IMG/VR virus record: IMGVR_UViG_3300025715_000014
Span: 1 to 64,000 of that record
Source of the DNA: a virus
Taxonomy: Duplodnaviria; Caudoviricetes
Length of the DNA stretch: 64,000 bases
Strand: one strand, 5' to 3'
Shown here: positions 51,267-61,648 of the stretch, one piece after another
Layout of the letters: every line of letters starts with the position of its first letter
Position numbering within the stretch: position 1 is the stretch's first letter
Notes under the pieces: model-generated
What the model saw: the letters and a program-made list of their open reading frames with translations, nothing else
Told to the model about the DNA's origin: nothing
The model's database searches: none
Position numbers and translations under genes: made by a program

Positions 51267-51830
51267 TTAATCTTCTTCGTATGCCTTTCTTATTCTTTCT
51301 TCATCGCTCATACCATCACTGACTTCTTCTCCCCAAGGATCTTCTTCCGATGTTTTTCTACTACTATCTCTCATATCGTTATATTTTTTGGCTCCAACTA
51401 AAAATTTGTTCATAACAGAGGCAAATTCGTCTTCGCTGATATTAAGAATTTGAGATGCTTTTTTCAATAGTTCTTTGTTCATTTCATCCAATTCTTCATC
51501 TTTTTGTAAATCAGTTATTCCACTTTCTAATAACTTTTTTGTTCTTTGTAGAATAATTTTATATAATTTAATATAATCGATATTCCTTGTTAATTTTAAA
51601 TTATATAATGTTGATTTAGCCAATGCTTCTGGCATACTAGCCAACTGATGTCTAACAGCATCTAAAAATTCTTCAAATTCATCATCATCCATATCAGCAT
51701 TTAACGTTTCTAGTTGCTCGATCTGTGATAAAGTAGTATTTATGAAATTGATTGATCCTTCAATATCAACTAATGGTGATGAAGCCTGTTCGAATATTCT
51801 ATATTGTTTGAAATTTAACATTTTTTTCAT
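51267..51830 (-). CDS. Leader-family hypothetical protein
   Basis: MKKMLNFKQYRIFE; EEDPWGEE near the C-terminus. Confidence 0.65.
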   Translation of the reverse strand: MKKMLNFKQYRIFEQASSPLVDIEGSINFINTTLSQIEQLETLNADMDDDEFEEFLDAVRHQLASMPEALAKSTLYNLKLTRNIDYIKLYKIILQRTKKLLESGITDLQKDEELDEMNKELLKKASQILNISEDEFASVMNKFLVGAKKYNDMRDSSRKTSEEDPWGEEVSDGMSDEERIRKAYEED

Positions 51831-51920
51831 ATTTCACTATTTTTTTCTATTATATATAAAAAATTAAATTTTAAAATTAATATATAAAAAATAAAAAAAA
51901 AAACTCGTGATCAAATTTTA

Positions 51921-52679
51921 ATGGAAACTCTTATAAATTTTTTACTCGGACTGCCACCATACATTTATATTCCAATTCTTTCTCTTTTAGGTATCGCAGT
52001 TATTCTTCGGATCATAAAAACAGACTTCTATAACAGCAAAGAAAGAGACGAAACTTTTTGGGAATATATGACAGGGACTTTTTGGAGATTGAAAAGAAAG
52101 AAAGATAAGAAAAATATTAAAAAGGATTTTGATGACATCGAAAGAGAAAACAGAAAAAATGAGCTTCTTTCTAATGATTTTTTTGTTTCTTGTAATAAAT
52201 ATATTTCCGTTGATATACCTTCACTTGATTTTGGAGATGAAAAAAGAAATGAAGTTTTGAAGAGACTTTTCACGATATTTATAGAGACCTTTAAAGAGTC
52301 AGCAAAAAACACAATAAAAAACACTGATTTTGATAGGCTGTCAAATGATGATATAATGCTCAAATTTGATGAATCGATATTTATGTTTGATTCTAAACTT
52401 CGAAAAAATTTAATCGATTATTTAGGAGAAAAATTATATGATTTATTATATGACTCACCAAACGGTTTCAGGGAACAAGTAAAGCCAGCAAGAGTTTTTA
52501 TGATGGACGCCATAAACACCTTCCCTTGTCAGAAATCTAAAAAAATAAAAGACAATTACGAAAAAGTAGAAAACGTTTTATCAGCAATGGATTCTTCTTT
52601 ACATGTAGCTTTCATAATTTATGAAAAGGCTTTCAGAAGTTTTAATGGAAAGCTGACAGAGCTTTTAAAATATAGATGA
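51921..52679 (+). CDS. Membrane-anchored hypothetical protein
   Basis: N-terminal TM helix. Confidence 0.6.
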   Translation: METLINFLLGLPPYIYIPILSLLGIAVILRIIKTDFYNSKERDETFWEYMTGTFWRLKRKKDKKNIKKDFDDIERENRKNELLSNDFFVSCNKYISVDIPSLDFGDEKRNEVLKRLFTIFIETFKESAKNTIKNTDFDRLSNDDIMLKFDESIFMFDSKLRKNLIDYLGEKLYDLLYDSPNGFREQVKPARVFMMDAINTFPCQKSKKIKDNYEKVENVLSAMDSSLHVAFIIYEKAFRSFNGKLTELLKYR

Positions 52680-52728
52680 AAAATAAATAATATATAATGA
52701 AAAATAAATAATATATAATGAAAAATAA
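52676..52728 (+). repeat. 21-bp tandem repeat (about 2.5 copies) containing the AATATATA motif
   Basis: atgaaaaataaataatatata twice plus a partial copy. Confidence 0.85.
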
Positions 52729-52739
52729 TAACATTGATT

Positions 52740-53237
52740 ATGAAAACAATGAGGACATTTGAGGAATTCGATTTTAAAAATATTTTTAATCGAAAAGAAG
52801 ATAAAAAGGAAAAAGAAAATTGGGACTTTGATGACGCTCACGTCGCTGAACCTGAACCAGAAGAACCTAAAAAAGATGATGAATATTTTGATAAATTATT
52901 TGATAAAATAAAAAATAGTTTTGATCCCGATAAACTAAATGAATTTGGTATTGGAGATCTTGGATATTCTATTGGGAAATATTTAATCCTTGTTCGTCGG
53001 CATTGGCAACAATCTGGCGCAGCGGTTCTTCGAGGGCGACACATAATACACAACGATAAACAAAACTATGATATTTTTGTAAAAACACATGGTCGAACTT
53101 TTGAAATATCTGTGTCAAAAGAAAAAAAGAAAAAACTCTTTTATTTTCTAAAAGATAAATGTGAATCAAAAAGAATTGATTTTGAAGAAGATATTAAAAG
53201 AAAACTTTTAGAGGAAAGATTAAAGTATAAAAAATAA
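52740..53237 (+). CDS. Leader-family hypothetical protein
   Basis: MKTMRTFEEF start. Confidence 0.6.
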   Translation: MKTMRTFEEFDFKNIFNRKEDKKEKENWDFDDAHVAEPEPEEPKKDDEYFDKLFDKIKNSFDPDKLNEFGIGDLGYSIGKYLILVRRHWQQSGAAVLRGRHIIHNDKQNYDIFVKTHGRTFEISVSKEKKKKLFYFLKDKCESKRIDFEEDIKRKLLEERLKYKK

Positions 53238-53252
53238 TTATGATATAAAAAC

Positions 53253-53309
53253 ATTTAAATAAAATGGGGGGGGGGACGAAATAGTCCCCCCCCCCCATTT
53301 TATTTAAAT
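53253..53309. repeat. Long inverted repeat with G10/C11 core
   Basis: atttaaataaaat-G10-ac-gaaata-gt-C11-attttatttaaat between convergent genes. Confidence 0.9.
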
Positions 53310-53363
53310 ATTTTATCCAATATCAAATTTTCCAATTTTTAATAAAGTTTAAATTATTTTTAT

Positions 53364-54197
53364 TTATTCCTCGACCGGATATAAAGGATCGGGCATCGAA
53401 GTTCTTGGATCAGTTGATTGATAATCAGGTGTGTTTATGTTTTCAGGAACAACGCGTTCTCTTAGTGCTTTCATATCATAAATATAATCCTCCCAATAAA
53501 CACGTTTTATTTTTTCAAAATCCTCATTATAACAATTTATGTTATCTGTATCTACTTTCCATATTGGATAGTATCCACGAACTGTTAAAGGAAATTTTAT
53601 ATTTCGAGTTTTATCAGATGTCAAATCCGCTTCTTGTGGTATAGTTATAGTTTTATCGTCAGGTAGAGTTAAAACAAGATCGATTTTTATACCAAAATAA
53701 TTCATACTGAAAAAATAGTAGTTAAAGAACAAATTCATAATTTTCTCGCTACAAACAAGAACATCTCTGTAACTATCCGCTAATTTTATTTCAACTTCAA
53801 AGTTCATAGACATTGGAACAGCTTTAACTTTTGTGATTATTCTTTTATATTCATTATGTATTTTTGTATCTTTTGGTATATAGATATTTGGGTTGGCATA
53901 TTCGTCTGAAACCGAATTAAATGACGTTAAAGAGATGATCCCTCTGGGTATCATATCTGTATTCAACTCAACTCGAGTGTCTGTTATATCGTCTAAAAAT
54001 GAGTCTAGAAGGAACCTCTCCTGTCCGAACATTTTATATGTTATTGGCACGGTAACGCATCTTTTCTCATCTTTGAAATAATTTATCCATCTAATAGCTT
54101 TGTTCATCGTGCGAGCAAGTGCCACGATAACCATTCTAAAATAAACATCATCAAAATTGAATTGATGTCCGATATCACCTAAAGTCTCACCTTTCAT
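53364..54197 (-). CDS. T4 gp15-like tail completion/sheath stabiliser protein
   Basis: YFR..IVA, VPITY...ERFL, IPRG, AVP..MNFEVEI, F.LTV.GYYP. Confidence 0.6.
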   Translation of the reverse strand: MKGETLGDIGHQFNFDDVYFRMVIVALARTMNKAIRWINYFKDEKRCVTVPITYKMFGQERFLLDSFLDDITDTRVELNTDMIPRGIISLTSFNSVSDEYANPNIYIPKDTKIHNEYKRIITKVKAVPMSMNFEVEIKLADSYRDVLVCSEKIMNLFFNYYFFSMNYFGIKIDLVLTLPDDKTITIPQEADLTSDKTRNIKFPLTVRGYYPIWKVDTDNINCYNEDFEKIKRVYWEDYIYDMKALRERVVPENINTPDYQSTDPRTSMPDPLYPVEE

Positions 54198-54268
54198 TTG
54201 AAAATCTTTTTATTATATATATTGATTATTGGATTGTAAAAAAAATTTTTTTATTCTAACATTTGTTT

Positions 54269-54276
54269 TATCTTTG
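54269..54276 (+). promoter_or_regulatory. Bacteroidota-type housekeeping -7 box (TAnnTTTG)
   Basis: TATCTTTG 21 nt before the 54298 cluster; also at 37945 (+), and 42830, 45862, 46798 (-). Confidence 0.55.
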
Positions 54277-54297
54277 TAACTTAAAAAATAAAAAAAT

Positions 54298-54621
54298 ATG
54301 GGAACAATTACTTTTGTAGTAACATTAATTTTGCTTCTTTCATTTTTCATAATTACTTGGAAAATAATCAAAAAAGAATGGTTTAGAAATCTTAAAAAAG
54401 ATGATGTGGTCTCAGTGACTATCTATTCTGAAAATTGTCAATGTGAAGTTGGGGCTACAGTCGTTAATCCTGTTGACGATGATGACACAATAGAAGTTAG
54501 AATTTCGAAAGAAAATCTCGACAAATGTAGAAATTGTGCTGAAATAAAAGGATATAATGATAAGGGTGAGATGACCTGTTGGTATAATGTTAAATTTTTT
54601 AAATCCTGTGATGTAAGATGA
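54298..54621 (+). CDS. Membrane-anchored Cys-rich small protein
   Basis: N-terminal TM; CxC and CxxC. Confidence 0.55.
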   Translation: MGTITFVVTLILLLSFFIITWKIIKKEWFRNLKKDDVVSVTIYSENCQCEVGATVVNPVDDDDTIEVRISKENLDKCRNCAEIKGYNDKGEMTCWYNVKFFKSCDVR

Positions 54622-55091
54622 AAAAAATAATTTCTTTTTTGATTTTTATGTTTATTGCTGTGCTCGGTCACGGGCAACAAAAAATAGCTTTTTTAGAATC
54701 AAATTGTTACTCAGTGGATTATGGTGGAACGATAGTGGAAAATATTTATAAACCATCTAAAATCACTCTTTATTCTGATAAAATAAAAATAAGTTATTAT
54801 GACAGACTAATTCCAACCATCATAAATCTAAAAGATATGAAGATTTGCGATGATGGAAATTGTGTTGTTATTACCGCTCTAATAGATAAGAAATCGAAGC
54901 ATGATAGATATCTGACATATTGTTTTTTAAAAAAAGGAGGAGGATGTAGTTTTTTAGAAGTAGAATATGAGAAATATTCTAAAATAATAAAAATCGAGTC
55001 TTCAAAGTCACTCATCAATTGTTTCTCAATAATTTTAGACCATTCAAAATTAATGGAATATAATGAGATATTTTTAAATTTTGTAATGTAA
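54618..55091 (+). CDS. Secreted hypothetical protein
   Basis: Signal peptide MKKIISFLIF...GHGQ. Confidence 0.55.
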   Translation: MKKIISFLIFMFIAVLGHGQQKIAFLESNCYSVDYGGTIVENIYKPSKITLYSDKIKISYYDRLIPTIINLKDMKICDDGNCVVITALIDKKSKHDRYLTYCFLKKGGGCSFLEVEYEKYSKIIKIESSKSLINCFSIILDHSKLMEYNEIFLNFVM

Positions 55092-55092
55092 A

Positions 55093-55590
55093 ATGAAGAT
55101 TATTTTCTTGGATATCGATGGCGTTTTAAATGTCATACCACAAGGTTATGATAAATATGGTGGAGAATTTCATGAGCATTTTGTTGAAAATCTTCGTCAT
55201 ATTATTGATGAAACTGACGCTAAAATAGTTATAACCAGCTCGTGGCGATATGAAGGATTGGATACTATGCGTAATATGTGGGCGGACAGAAATTTACCAG
55301 GAGAAATTCTTGACATAACACCCAATGAAGTTTTTTTGGTTAAAAAAGCAAAATTATTCGAACATTATGATGAAATCGATAGAGGACACGAAATAAAATA
55401 TTGGCTTGATAACCACGCTGACGTAGAAAGTTATGTCATATTGGACGATGATTCTGATATGTTAAAGGAACAAATGGATAATTTCGTAAGATGTAGTGGA
55501 AATCGAACCCATCCAGATTCTGTCGATATTGGATATGGTTTAACAAGAATTTGTGCTGAAAAAGCTATTAATATACTTAAAGGAAAATAA
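55093..55590 (+). CDS. HAD-superfamily protein (RNA-repair-associated type)
   Basis: FLDIDGVLN, IVITSSWR, RGHEI, YVILDD, GLT. Confidence 0.8.
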   Translation: MKIIFLDIDGVLNVIPQGYDKYGGEFHEHFVENLRHIIDETDAKIVITSSWRYEGLDTMRNMWADRNLPGEILDITPNEVFLVKKAKLFEHYDEIDRGHEIKYWLDNHADVESYVILDDDSDMLKEQMDNFVRCSGNRTHPDSVDIGYGLTRICAEKAINILKGK

Positions 55591-55594
55591 AATT

Positions 55595-56071
55595 ATGAAA
55601 AAGATATTATTAATTTTAACTTTTTTATTATTAACTTTGTGCTCGTTTTCACAGGTTAGAGTATATTATGAATCATCTAGTAATTATAGTGATATTATTT
55701 GCACTGTGGATGATAATAGGGTATATAGAGGCACATCTGAAAGTTATGGAGACATTTTATGTAATATACAAGGCAATAGGATATATAGGGGGTCTTCATC
55801 AAGTTATTCTGACATATTATTTAATGTTGAAAAACATAGAGTTTATAAAGGAGCAACAAAAGACTATTCAAAGATTTTTATGACAATTACAGATGGTAAA
55901 ATATACAAAGGAGCTGAAGAAACTTATTCTTACATAATAGCCACCATAGTAAATGATTGCGTTTATGAGGGGGCGTCAACAAACTACTTAGATAAAAAAT
56001 TTACTATGAATGGATTTTTAACAATAGAAGAATTTGTCGCTGTTTGGTATGTTGTCAATTATGTTTATTAA
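55595..56071 (+). CDS. Secreted short-repeat beta protein
   Basis: Signal peptide; about 21-aa repeats RVY.G.S..Y.DI. Confidence 0.65.
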   Translation: MKKILLILTFLLLTLCSFSQVRVYYESSSNYSDIICTVDDNRVYRGTSESYGDILCNIQGNRIYRGSSSSYSDILFNVEKHRVYKGATKDYSKIFMTITDGKIYKGAEETYSYIIATIVNDCVYEGASTNYLDKKFTMNGFLTIEEFVAVWYVVNYVY

Positions 56072-56259
56072 AAAGTTATAAATAAAAAGAAAGGAAAAAA
56101 AAAATGATTGATAGAAGTAAATTTTACAAGAAACCAATGAGATTTGGGGCACAAACCTTATATCAAAGCTGGACTTTAGGAAAAATAAGTTTAGATCATT
56201 GGAAAAAATTTGACGAAAATGCTAGTAGCGGCAAAGGATTTATGGTCGGAGAGTTTTAA

Positions 56260-56713
56260 AATGGACATAGGTTCAGGAAACGGTTATCCATCAAGTGCTT
56301 TGAGCAATTTTGCTCCGCATCCATTTGAAATAGATGGTGTTAAATGTAACAGTATGGAAGGATTTTTGCAAAGTTTGAAATTCAAATCCACTGAAATGCA
56401 GGAATATGTATGTACTTTAGTTGGATATGCCGCGAAGAAAAAAGGATCTCAAAAAAATTGGCAATCAGACCAAATTTTATATTGGCAAGGAAAAGAAATA
56501 GATCGTCATTCAAAAGAATATCAAGATTTGCTAGATAAGGCGTATGAAAGATTATATAAGAATGAAAAATTTAGAGCCGCTTTAGAATCATCTGGTAATT
56601 CGGTTTTAACGCATTCAATTGGAAAAAATGATCCATCGAGAACAGTTTTAACTAGAACTGAATTTTGTTCTAGATTAATGAAATTACGAAAATATGGTAC
56701 TTTAAAAAAATGA
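56260..56713 (+). CDS. NADAR/T4 gp30.3-like protein
   Basis: ALSNFAPHPF..DG....SMEGFLQSLK, LYWQG, LTHSIG, TVLT..EF; likely start MDIGS. Confidence 0.7.
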
Positions 56714-56717
56714 TAAA

Positions 56718-57596
56718 ATGAGAAGATTCATAAAAACTTTGAACAAAATCTTATATGATAAAAATGATTATCATTTAGATCCTATTTTAAAATCAGAAGT
56801 TGAGACATCTGAATATCTTATTCAGCAAACCATTGAATATGAGAAAAGGATATTATTTAAGAAAATAAAATATTTCGTGAAATATGATAAATTATTCTTG
56901 CTCAGAGTGTTGGCCAAATATCTATTAAAATTGGTTCTGGGGATAGCTTTTCTCGCGATAATGGTTTATGGATTGGCTGTTATTTTTAATTTGGATGTCA
57001 ATTTTAAAAAGGTTCCAAGATTAGAAAAACTCAGCACTCCAATTTATATTCTATCAACTGGTAATCCAACAAGGGATGAAATGAGATTAAAAGATTATAA
57101 AAGAAATTTTGGTAATAATGCCGTTTATGTTTTTTATTATGATGTAGACTCAACTAAAAATTATAATAAATGGAAAGAGGATCTAGCTGGTATAGAATCG
57201 CAGGGATGGGGAAATCCATATGAAGCTCGAAGGGAAGGCAGTCAATATTGGGGAAAATTTCAATTTGGTGAATCAGCTAGAAAAACAATTGGTTTCGATA
57301 AAATAGAATGGGATGAATGGAAGAGCGTACCAGAGATACAAGAAGCTGGCATGAAACTTTGGACTCGTTATCTTTATAATAATCTGAAGAAAGACATCGA
57401 TAAATTTGATGGAAAATTTTTAAATGGATGGATTGTCACAGAATCAGGTATCATAGCAATGGCTCATAATGTTGGACCAGAATCAACCCGCAAATTTCTT
57501 TATAGCTATGGGAAATTTATACCAAAAGATGGTAGTGGAAAAGATGCAACGAGATTTTTAATTTTAGGAAATTATGATTTAAAAAACTTAAAATAA
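56718..57596 (+). CDS. Membrane-anchored lysozyme-like muramidase
   Basis: TM, then IESQG..Y, YWGKFQFG, PEIQE, TESGIIAMAH. Confidence 0.6.
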   Translation: MRRFIKTLNKILYDKNDYHLDPILKSEVETSEYLIQQTIEYEKRILFKKIKYFVKYDKLFLLRVLAKYLLKLVLGIAFLAIMVYGLAVIFNLDVNFKKVPRLEKLSTPIYILSTGNPTRDEMRLKDYKRNFGNNAVYVFYYDVDSTKNYNKWKEDLAGIESQGWGNPYEARREGSQYWGKFQFGESARKTIGFDKIEWDEWKSVPEIQEAGMKLWTRYLYNNLKKDIDKFDGKFLNGWIVTESGIIAMAHNVGPESTRKFLYSYGKFIPKDGSGKDATRFLILGNYDLKNLK

Positions 57597-57622
57597 TTAA
57601 ACAATATGAAGAAAACTTATTA

Positions 57623-57960
57623 TGAACTACTGCGATATCGTAGTTTCGTTAAAAAGGTTATACTTTTTAACAACCCCTGAAATATCAAGAGGCTTCCATC
57701 CAGATTGATTAAAAGTAATTGAATGGAAATAATCATTTTCAATTTTTTTTGGTGGTCTTGCTGTTTTATCTTTTTTGATAAGCCTGAAAAATGATTGATA
57801 TGAACCATATAATTCAGTTGAAATGGTTTGAGCGGCTTTAGAATTTATAATTTATTTATCTGTTCTTTTGATGGAAACAATCTTATTTGATAACTTTTCA
57901 TTTTTACAACTTTTCTTTACTACAAATATATATAAATAATGAAAAGTCACTTTTTTCTAA
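57623..57960 (-). mobile_element. Internally deleted TnpB element remnant retaining the right end
   Basis: Fragments MKSYQIRLFPSKEQIN / SKAAQTISTELYGSY..KDKTARPP..NQSGW / PLDISGV..NETT match the 28797-30021 TnpB; ends gaaactacgatatcgcagtagttca. Confidence 0.85.
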
Positions 57961-57970
57961 AAATAATTAA

Positions 57971-58486
57971 ATGATAGTTTTATTTAGACACGGGGAATGT
58001 GAACACAACATCGAGAATCGATTTAGTTGTAGTATCAACTCAAAATCTTCTTTGACCAATAATGGTATGAAAATGGTCGAAGAATTTTCAAATAAGTTAA
58101 AACAAGTAATAGATAAAGATAACATAAAGATTTATTCATCACCTTTGCTTCGAGCCGAACAAACAGCATTAATAATATCAGATGTCTTGGACTATTTCAA
58201 GAACATTATTTTTGATGATAGATTGAAAGAAGTTTATATGGGGAATTTCGATGAAAGACCAGTTAACGAATTTAAATATAATATTTATGATCTAAGTCAT
58301 TTTTCAGAATATGGAGGAGAATCTTATGATGATGTCAATAATAGATTAAATTCTTTTTTAAATGAAATAGATAATAGCAAAATCAATATCATTGTTTCAC
58401 ATGCTCTTCCTCTAAGACAAATGAACAAAATTCTAACTGGCAACGAAGATAAAATAAAGGTTTCTAACTATATAATAATCAACTAA
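57971..58486 (+). CDS. Histidine phosphatase family protein
   Basis: RHGE, YSSPLLRA.QTA, RLKE..MG.F, GGES, IVSH. Confidence 0.9.
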   Translation: MIVLFRHGECEHNIENRFSCSINSKSSLTNNGMKMVEEFSNKLKQVIDKDNIKIYSSPLLRAEQTALIISDVLDYFKNIIFDDRLKEVYMGNFDERPVNEFKYNIYDLSHFSEYGGESYDDVNNRLNSFLNEIDNSKINIIVSHALPLRQMNKILTGNEDKIKVSNYIIIN

Positions 58487-58503
58487 AAAAAAAATTAATA
58501 TAA

Positions 58504-58902
58504 ATGGTAAAAAATTTTGACAAGTGGATAAGAGCAGATAAAGTTATAATTAATATCTTTTTATGTTATTATAATGAATCTCAAAAAGACAACAAATGGA
58601 CAAATCGTCTTAAAAAGTTTAAAGAGTTGAAAGGAGTTGATTGGTGGGTAAAACCACAAGCTGGCCACCATCTTGGCTTAGCATATCAATCTATATTAAA
58701 TACCGATAGCATTGATGAAGCTAAAAATATCGCTGAATACATATTCGATGAATTCAATAAAGACATTTTGATAGTTTTATCCAAACAAAATGTAAGGAAC
58801 TTTGAGCCAGTGGGAATGAATAATGATGAGGGTTTCACTGAATGTGGAAGAGCTTTTGACAAACTAGTTAGAGAAAAAGAGAAAGGAATTTTTGTAGTAT
58901 GA
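58504..58902 (+). CDS. Hypothetical protein
   Basis: 132 aa ORF. Confidence 0.55.
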   Translation: MVKNFDKWIRADKVIINIFLCYYNESQKDNKWTNRLKKFKELKGVDWWVKPQAGHHLGLAYQSILNTDSIDEAKNIAEYIFDEFNKDILIVLSKQNVRNFEPVGMNNDEGFTECGRAFDKLVREKEKGIFVV

Positions 58903-58911
58903 TTTGGGATT

Positions 58912-58946
58912 AAAAAAAGTTGAATGAAAAATTCAACTTTTTTTTT
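58912..58946. terminator. Intrinsic terminator
   Basis: aaaaaaagttgaat-gaaaa-attcaacttttttt. Confidence 0.7.
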
Positions 58947-58960
58947 AATATATAGAGAAT

Positions 58961-59170
58961 ATGAAGATTTTTAAATTTGACATATTCGAACAAGCTTTAC
59001 CTAGAGAGTCTAGTGTGAAACAAATGAAGAAGTTGAGAAAATTAGCTGGTAAGGATATTGGTGATAAGACTACAAAGAAAAAAAGGAAAACAGCTAACTT
59101 TATAAAAGCTAATAATCCACTAGACAAAAAAGTAGATACTTATGAAAAGTTTGTAAAAAATAAGAAATAG
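58961..59170 (+). CDS. Small basic leader-family protein
   Basis: MKIFKFDIFE; AATATATA upstream. Confidence 0.55.
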   Translation: MKIFKFDIFEQALPRESSVKQMKKLRKLAGKDIGDKTTKKKRKTANFIKANNPLDKKVDTYEKFVKNKK

Positions 59171-59175
59171 GAAAA

Positions 59176-59790
59176 ATGAAAAAATTATTAAGATTCAACA
59201 AATTTAACGAAAGTCTTATAAACGATAATGGTGATAGCAACTTTAAAAACACCAAAGTCACAGATCTAGTGACGATGTATAACGACGACATAGTGAAAGT
59301 TATAAGCAACACATTTGAGTCTAAAACAATTTCCAATAATCCTGATTGGACCATCGTTGAATCAAAATGGGAAATTTTAGATAAAGAAAGGGAAATGAAC
59401 AAATTGATGTTCAAAGATTTCTTGAACGAAAAATTTAAAGTATATTTTCATATCGCTTATGATGATTTCGTTGTTGTTAGAGGTAATGATAGAGAATTAG
59501 AAAAATATTTAGAAGAAATAAAAATTGAAGATGATAGAATTTATAATAGCAATGAAAGAAACGGGGGGAGTCTTATTCTCAACGGAAAAAATTTCTATTA
59601 TTTATATTACGCGTTTAGGCCATTAGAAAAGAACAGAGATTTTATTAGAGAAAACGGTGAATATTATACTTTAAATAGTATGGGATGCGATGTAGACATA
59701 AGATTAGATAATAGTTGTCTACAATATTTTTCAGATTTATTAATAGGAACCCAAATACAAATCCAGAATAAAGAAAAATTAAGAAAATGA
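59176..59790 (+). CDS. Leader-family hypothetical protein
   Basis: MKKLLRFNKFNE; internal second copy MFKDFLNE. Confidence 0.6.
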   Translation: MKKLLRFNKFNESLINDNGDSNFKNTKVTDLVTMYNDDIVKVISNTFESKTISNNPDWTIVESKWEILDKEREMNKLMFKDFLNEKFKVYFHIAYDDFVVVRGNDRELEKYLEEIKIEDDRIYNSNERNGGSLILNGKNFYYLYYAFRPLEKNRDFIRENGEYYTLNSMGCDVDIRLDNSCLQYFSDLLIGTQIQIQNKEKLRK

Positions 59791-59950
59791 AATATTCAAC
59801 AATGAAGATAAAATTCTTACATTTCATTGGCTTGTTGCTAGTAATGGCAAGTTTACAAATGAGTTATGTATAGATGAATTGTCTTTTAAAAATGTCGATA
59901 TAAATACAGTTAAAGATTTAATATATAGATAAAAAATAATCACTATAAAA

Positions 59951-60535
59951 ATGAAAGTAAAAAATTTTAAAAACTTTTTAAATGAAAACAATATGGGTAA
60001 AGGAGTTGGTGGGGATACAACATTTTTCAATCCGTTACCAACACCCAAACAAACAACAAATCAGCCCAACCAAACATTGGATTTGCTCAGAATAGGTAAG
60101 CAAATAAAAACTGAAAATATAGATGGTTTTATTGATAGTGTTCAAAACGAAAAGGTTTTAATATCTGATAGAATGACCGGAATAATAAAATCCTATTCTT
60201 TGAAAGAATTTTTTAGTGAAATATCTAAAGCTGATAAAAAAAGAGGAAAACTTAATGAAAAAGTTAGTTCGATTGTCACAAACGATGAAGACATTGATGA
60301 TGACGAAAAAACAATTGAAGGTGATGTTTTAGAAGACCAGCCTCTTGATGGCGACACATTGAGTGAATCATTTAATGATGAATTTGATAATTATAGAATC
60401 GAAGACACTACACAACAAGAAGAAGAGGAAGAGGAAGAGGAAGAGGAAGAGGAATTCAATGTATCTGTGCCCGAGCCAAAACGTTTTAGAGGAACAGAAG
60501 ATAATCCTGACGGAAAACCGAGCGAATTATTATAA
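59951..60535 (+). CDS. Acidic leader-family protein with E12 tract
   Basis: MKVKNFKNFLNE; poly-Glu at 60419-60454. Confidence 0.65.
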   Translation: MKVKNFKNFLNENNMGKGVGGDTTFFNPLPTPKQTTNQPNQTLDLLRIGKQIKTENIDGFIDSVQNEKVLISDRMTGIIKSYSLKEFFSEISKADKKRGKLNEKVSSIVTNDEDIDDDEKTIEGDVLEDQPLDGDTLSESFNDEFDNYRIEDTTQQEEEEEEEEEEEEFNVSVPEPKRFRGTEDNPDGKPSELL

Positions 60536-60583
60536 AAGAGTTTCAAAAAATATATTAATATATACAATAAAAAATATCGTAAA

Positions 60584-60796
60584 ATGAAACATTTAAAGAA
60601 ATATGGAGAGATAAACGAAAACATCGTCCCACAATGTAAAATAAAGAAAGTTAGATGTTTAGAATGTGGTGAAAAAGTTTGTGATAATACTGATCAACTT
60701 TTGTGGCACCTTTATAATAAACATTTTAAAAAATCTACTGTGAATGAATGGGAAGAAAAAATATTACTGAAGAAATATTTTGGTAAAATTGGATAA
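60584..60796 (+). CDS. Leader-family C2H2-like zinc finger protein
   Basis: MKHLKKY; CLECG...HLYNKH. Confidence 0.6.
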   Translation: MKHLKKYGEINENIVPQCKIKKVRCLECGEKVCDNTDQLLWHLYNKHFKKSTVNEWEEKILLKKYFGKIG

Positions 60797-60816
60797 TTAA
60801 AAAAAAATTATAAAAA

Positions 60817-61242
60817 ATGAAAAATTTGAAAAACTATGATATTTTTATCAATGAAGGGTTTCTGAGCAGAATGAAAGATGTGTTTAAAAGTCCAAGAAAA
60901 TTAAGAGATGAAGTTAAATCGGAAATGAATATTCAGAAAGAATATGATGAGCTAACAACAGCCGAAAAAATAATTTTATATTCTTTTTTGGAAGTTAAGA
61001 GTTTCTCTAAGAGTATATTATCACCATCAAATGCTGGTTCATCCCATATAACTAGACATTTAACAGCTATTGAAACAGCTTTAATGATAGAGGGGTATGT
61101 GAAAGTTGGGCAAAAATCGGATACTCCTATAATGAAGGATGCTGAAATGTATTTGAAAGATAGGGGTATAATCAAGTGGTTAAAAAAAATTCTATTAGAA
61201 AAATTCAAAAATCGATACCAAGTTATCGATTTTTTTTTTTGA
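60817..61242 (+). CDS. Leader-family hypothetical protein
   Basis: MKNLKNYDIFINE. Confidence 0.6.
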   Translation: MKNLKNYDIFINEGFLSRMKDVFKSPRKLRDEVKSEMNIQKEYDELTTAEKIILYSFLEVKSFSKSILSPSNAGSSHITRHLTAIETALMIEGYVKVGQKSDTPIMKDAEMYLKDRGIIKWLKKILLEKFKNRYQVIDFFF

Positions 61243-61283
61243 ACAAAAATTATTAATATATAAAGAAAAAAATATAAAATATT

Positions 61284-61631
61284 ATGAAATCAAAAATCAA
61301 ATCATTTAAAGAATTGTTCGAAGCATCAAGTAATCTCGAGTATTATGAAGTTGAAATAAATGGTATACCATTTAGAGTTGGTGGATATTATGAAAAAGAA
61401 GAGAAAGAAGTGCTTTATTATCCTGACGGATCGGGACAACCTGGCTATCCATCATCTTTTGATATTATTGAAATATACACCAGAAACGAAAGTGAAAAGG
61501 AAGACAAGGTTGATGATGATTATCTAAGAGAACTTGGAGTCACGAAAGAAGAATTGGAAAGTGCTGTTTTAGAGCAAATTGAAGGCGGGGATGAATGGGA
61601 TTATAAAGAAGATCTTGTTGATGATTTATAA
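61284..61631 (+). CDS. Acidic leader-family protein
   Basis: MKSKIKSFKELFE; YPDGSG.PGYP. Confidence 0.6.
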   Translation: MKSKIKSFKELFEASSNLEYYEVEINGIPFRVGGYYEKEEKEVLYYPDGSGQPGYPSSFDIIEIYTRNESEKEDKVDDDYLRELGVTKEELESAVLEQIEGGDEWDYKEDLVDDL

Positions 61632-61648
61632 AACATGAAAGAAAAATC

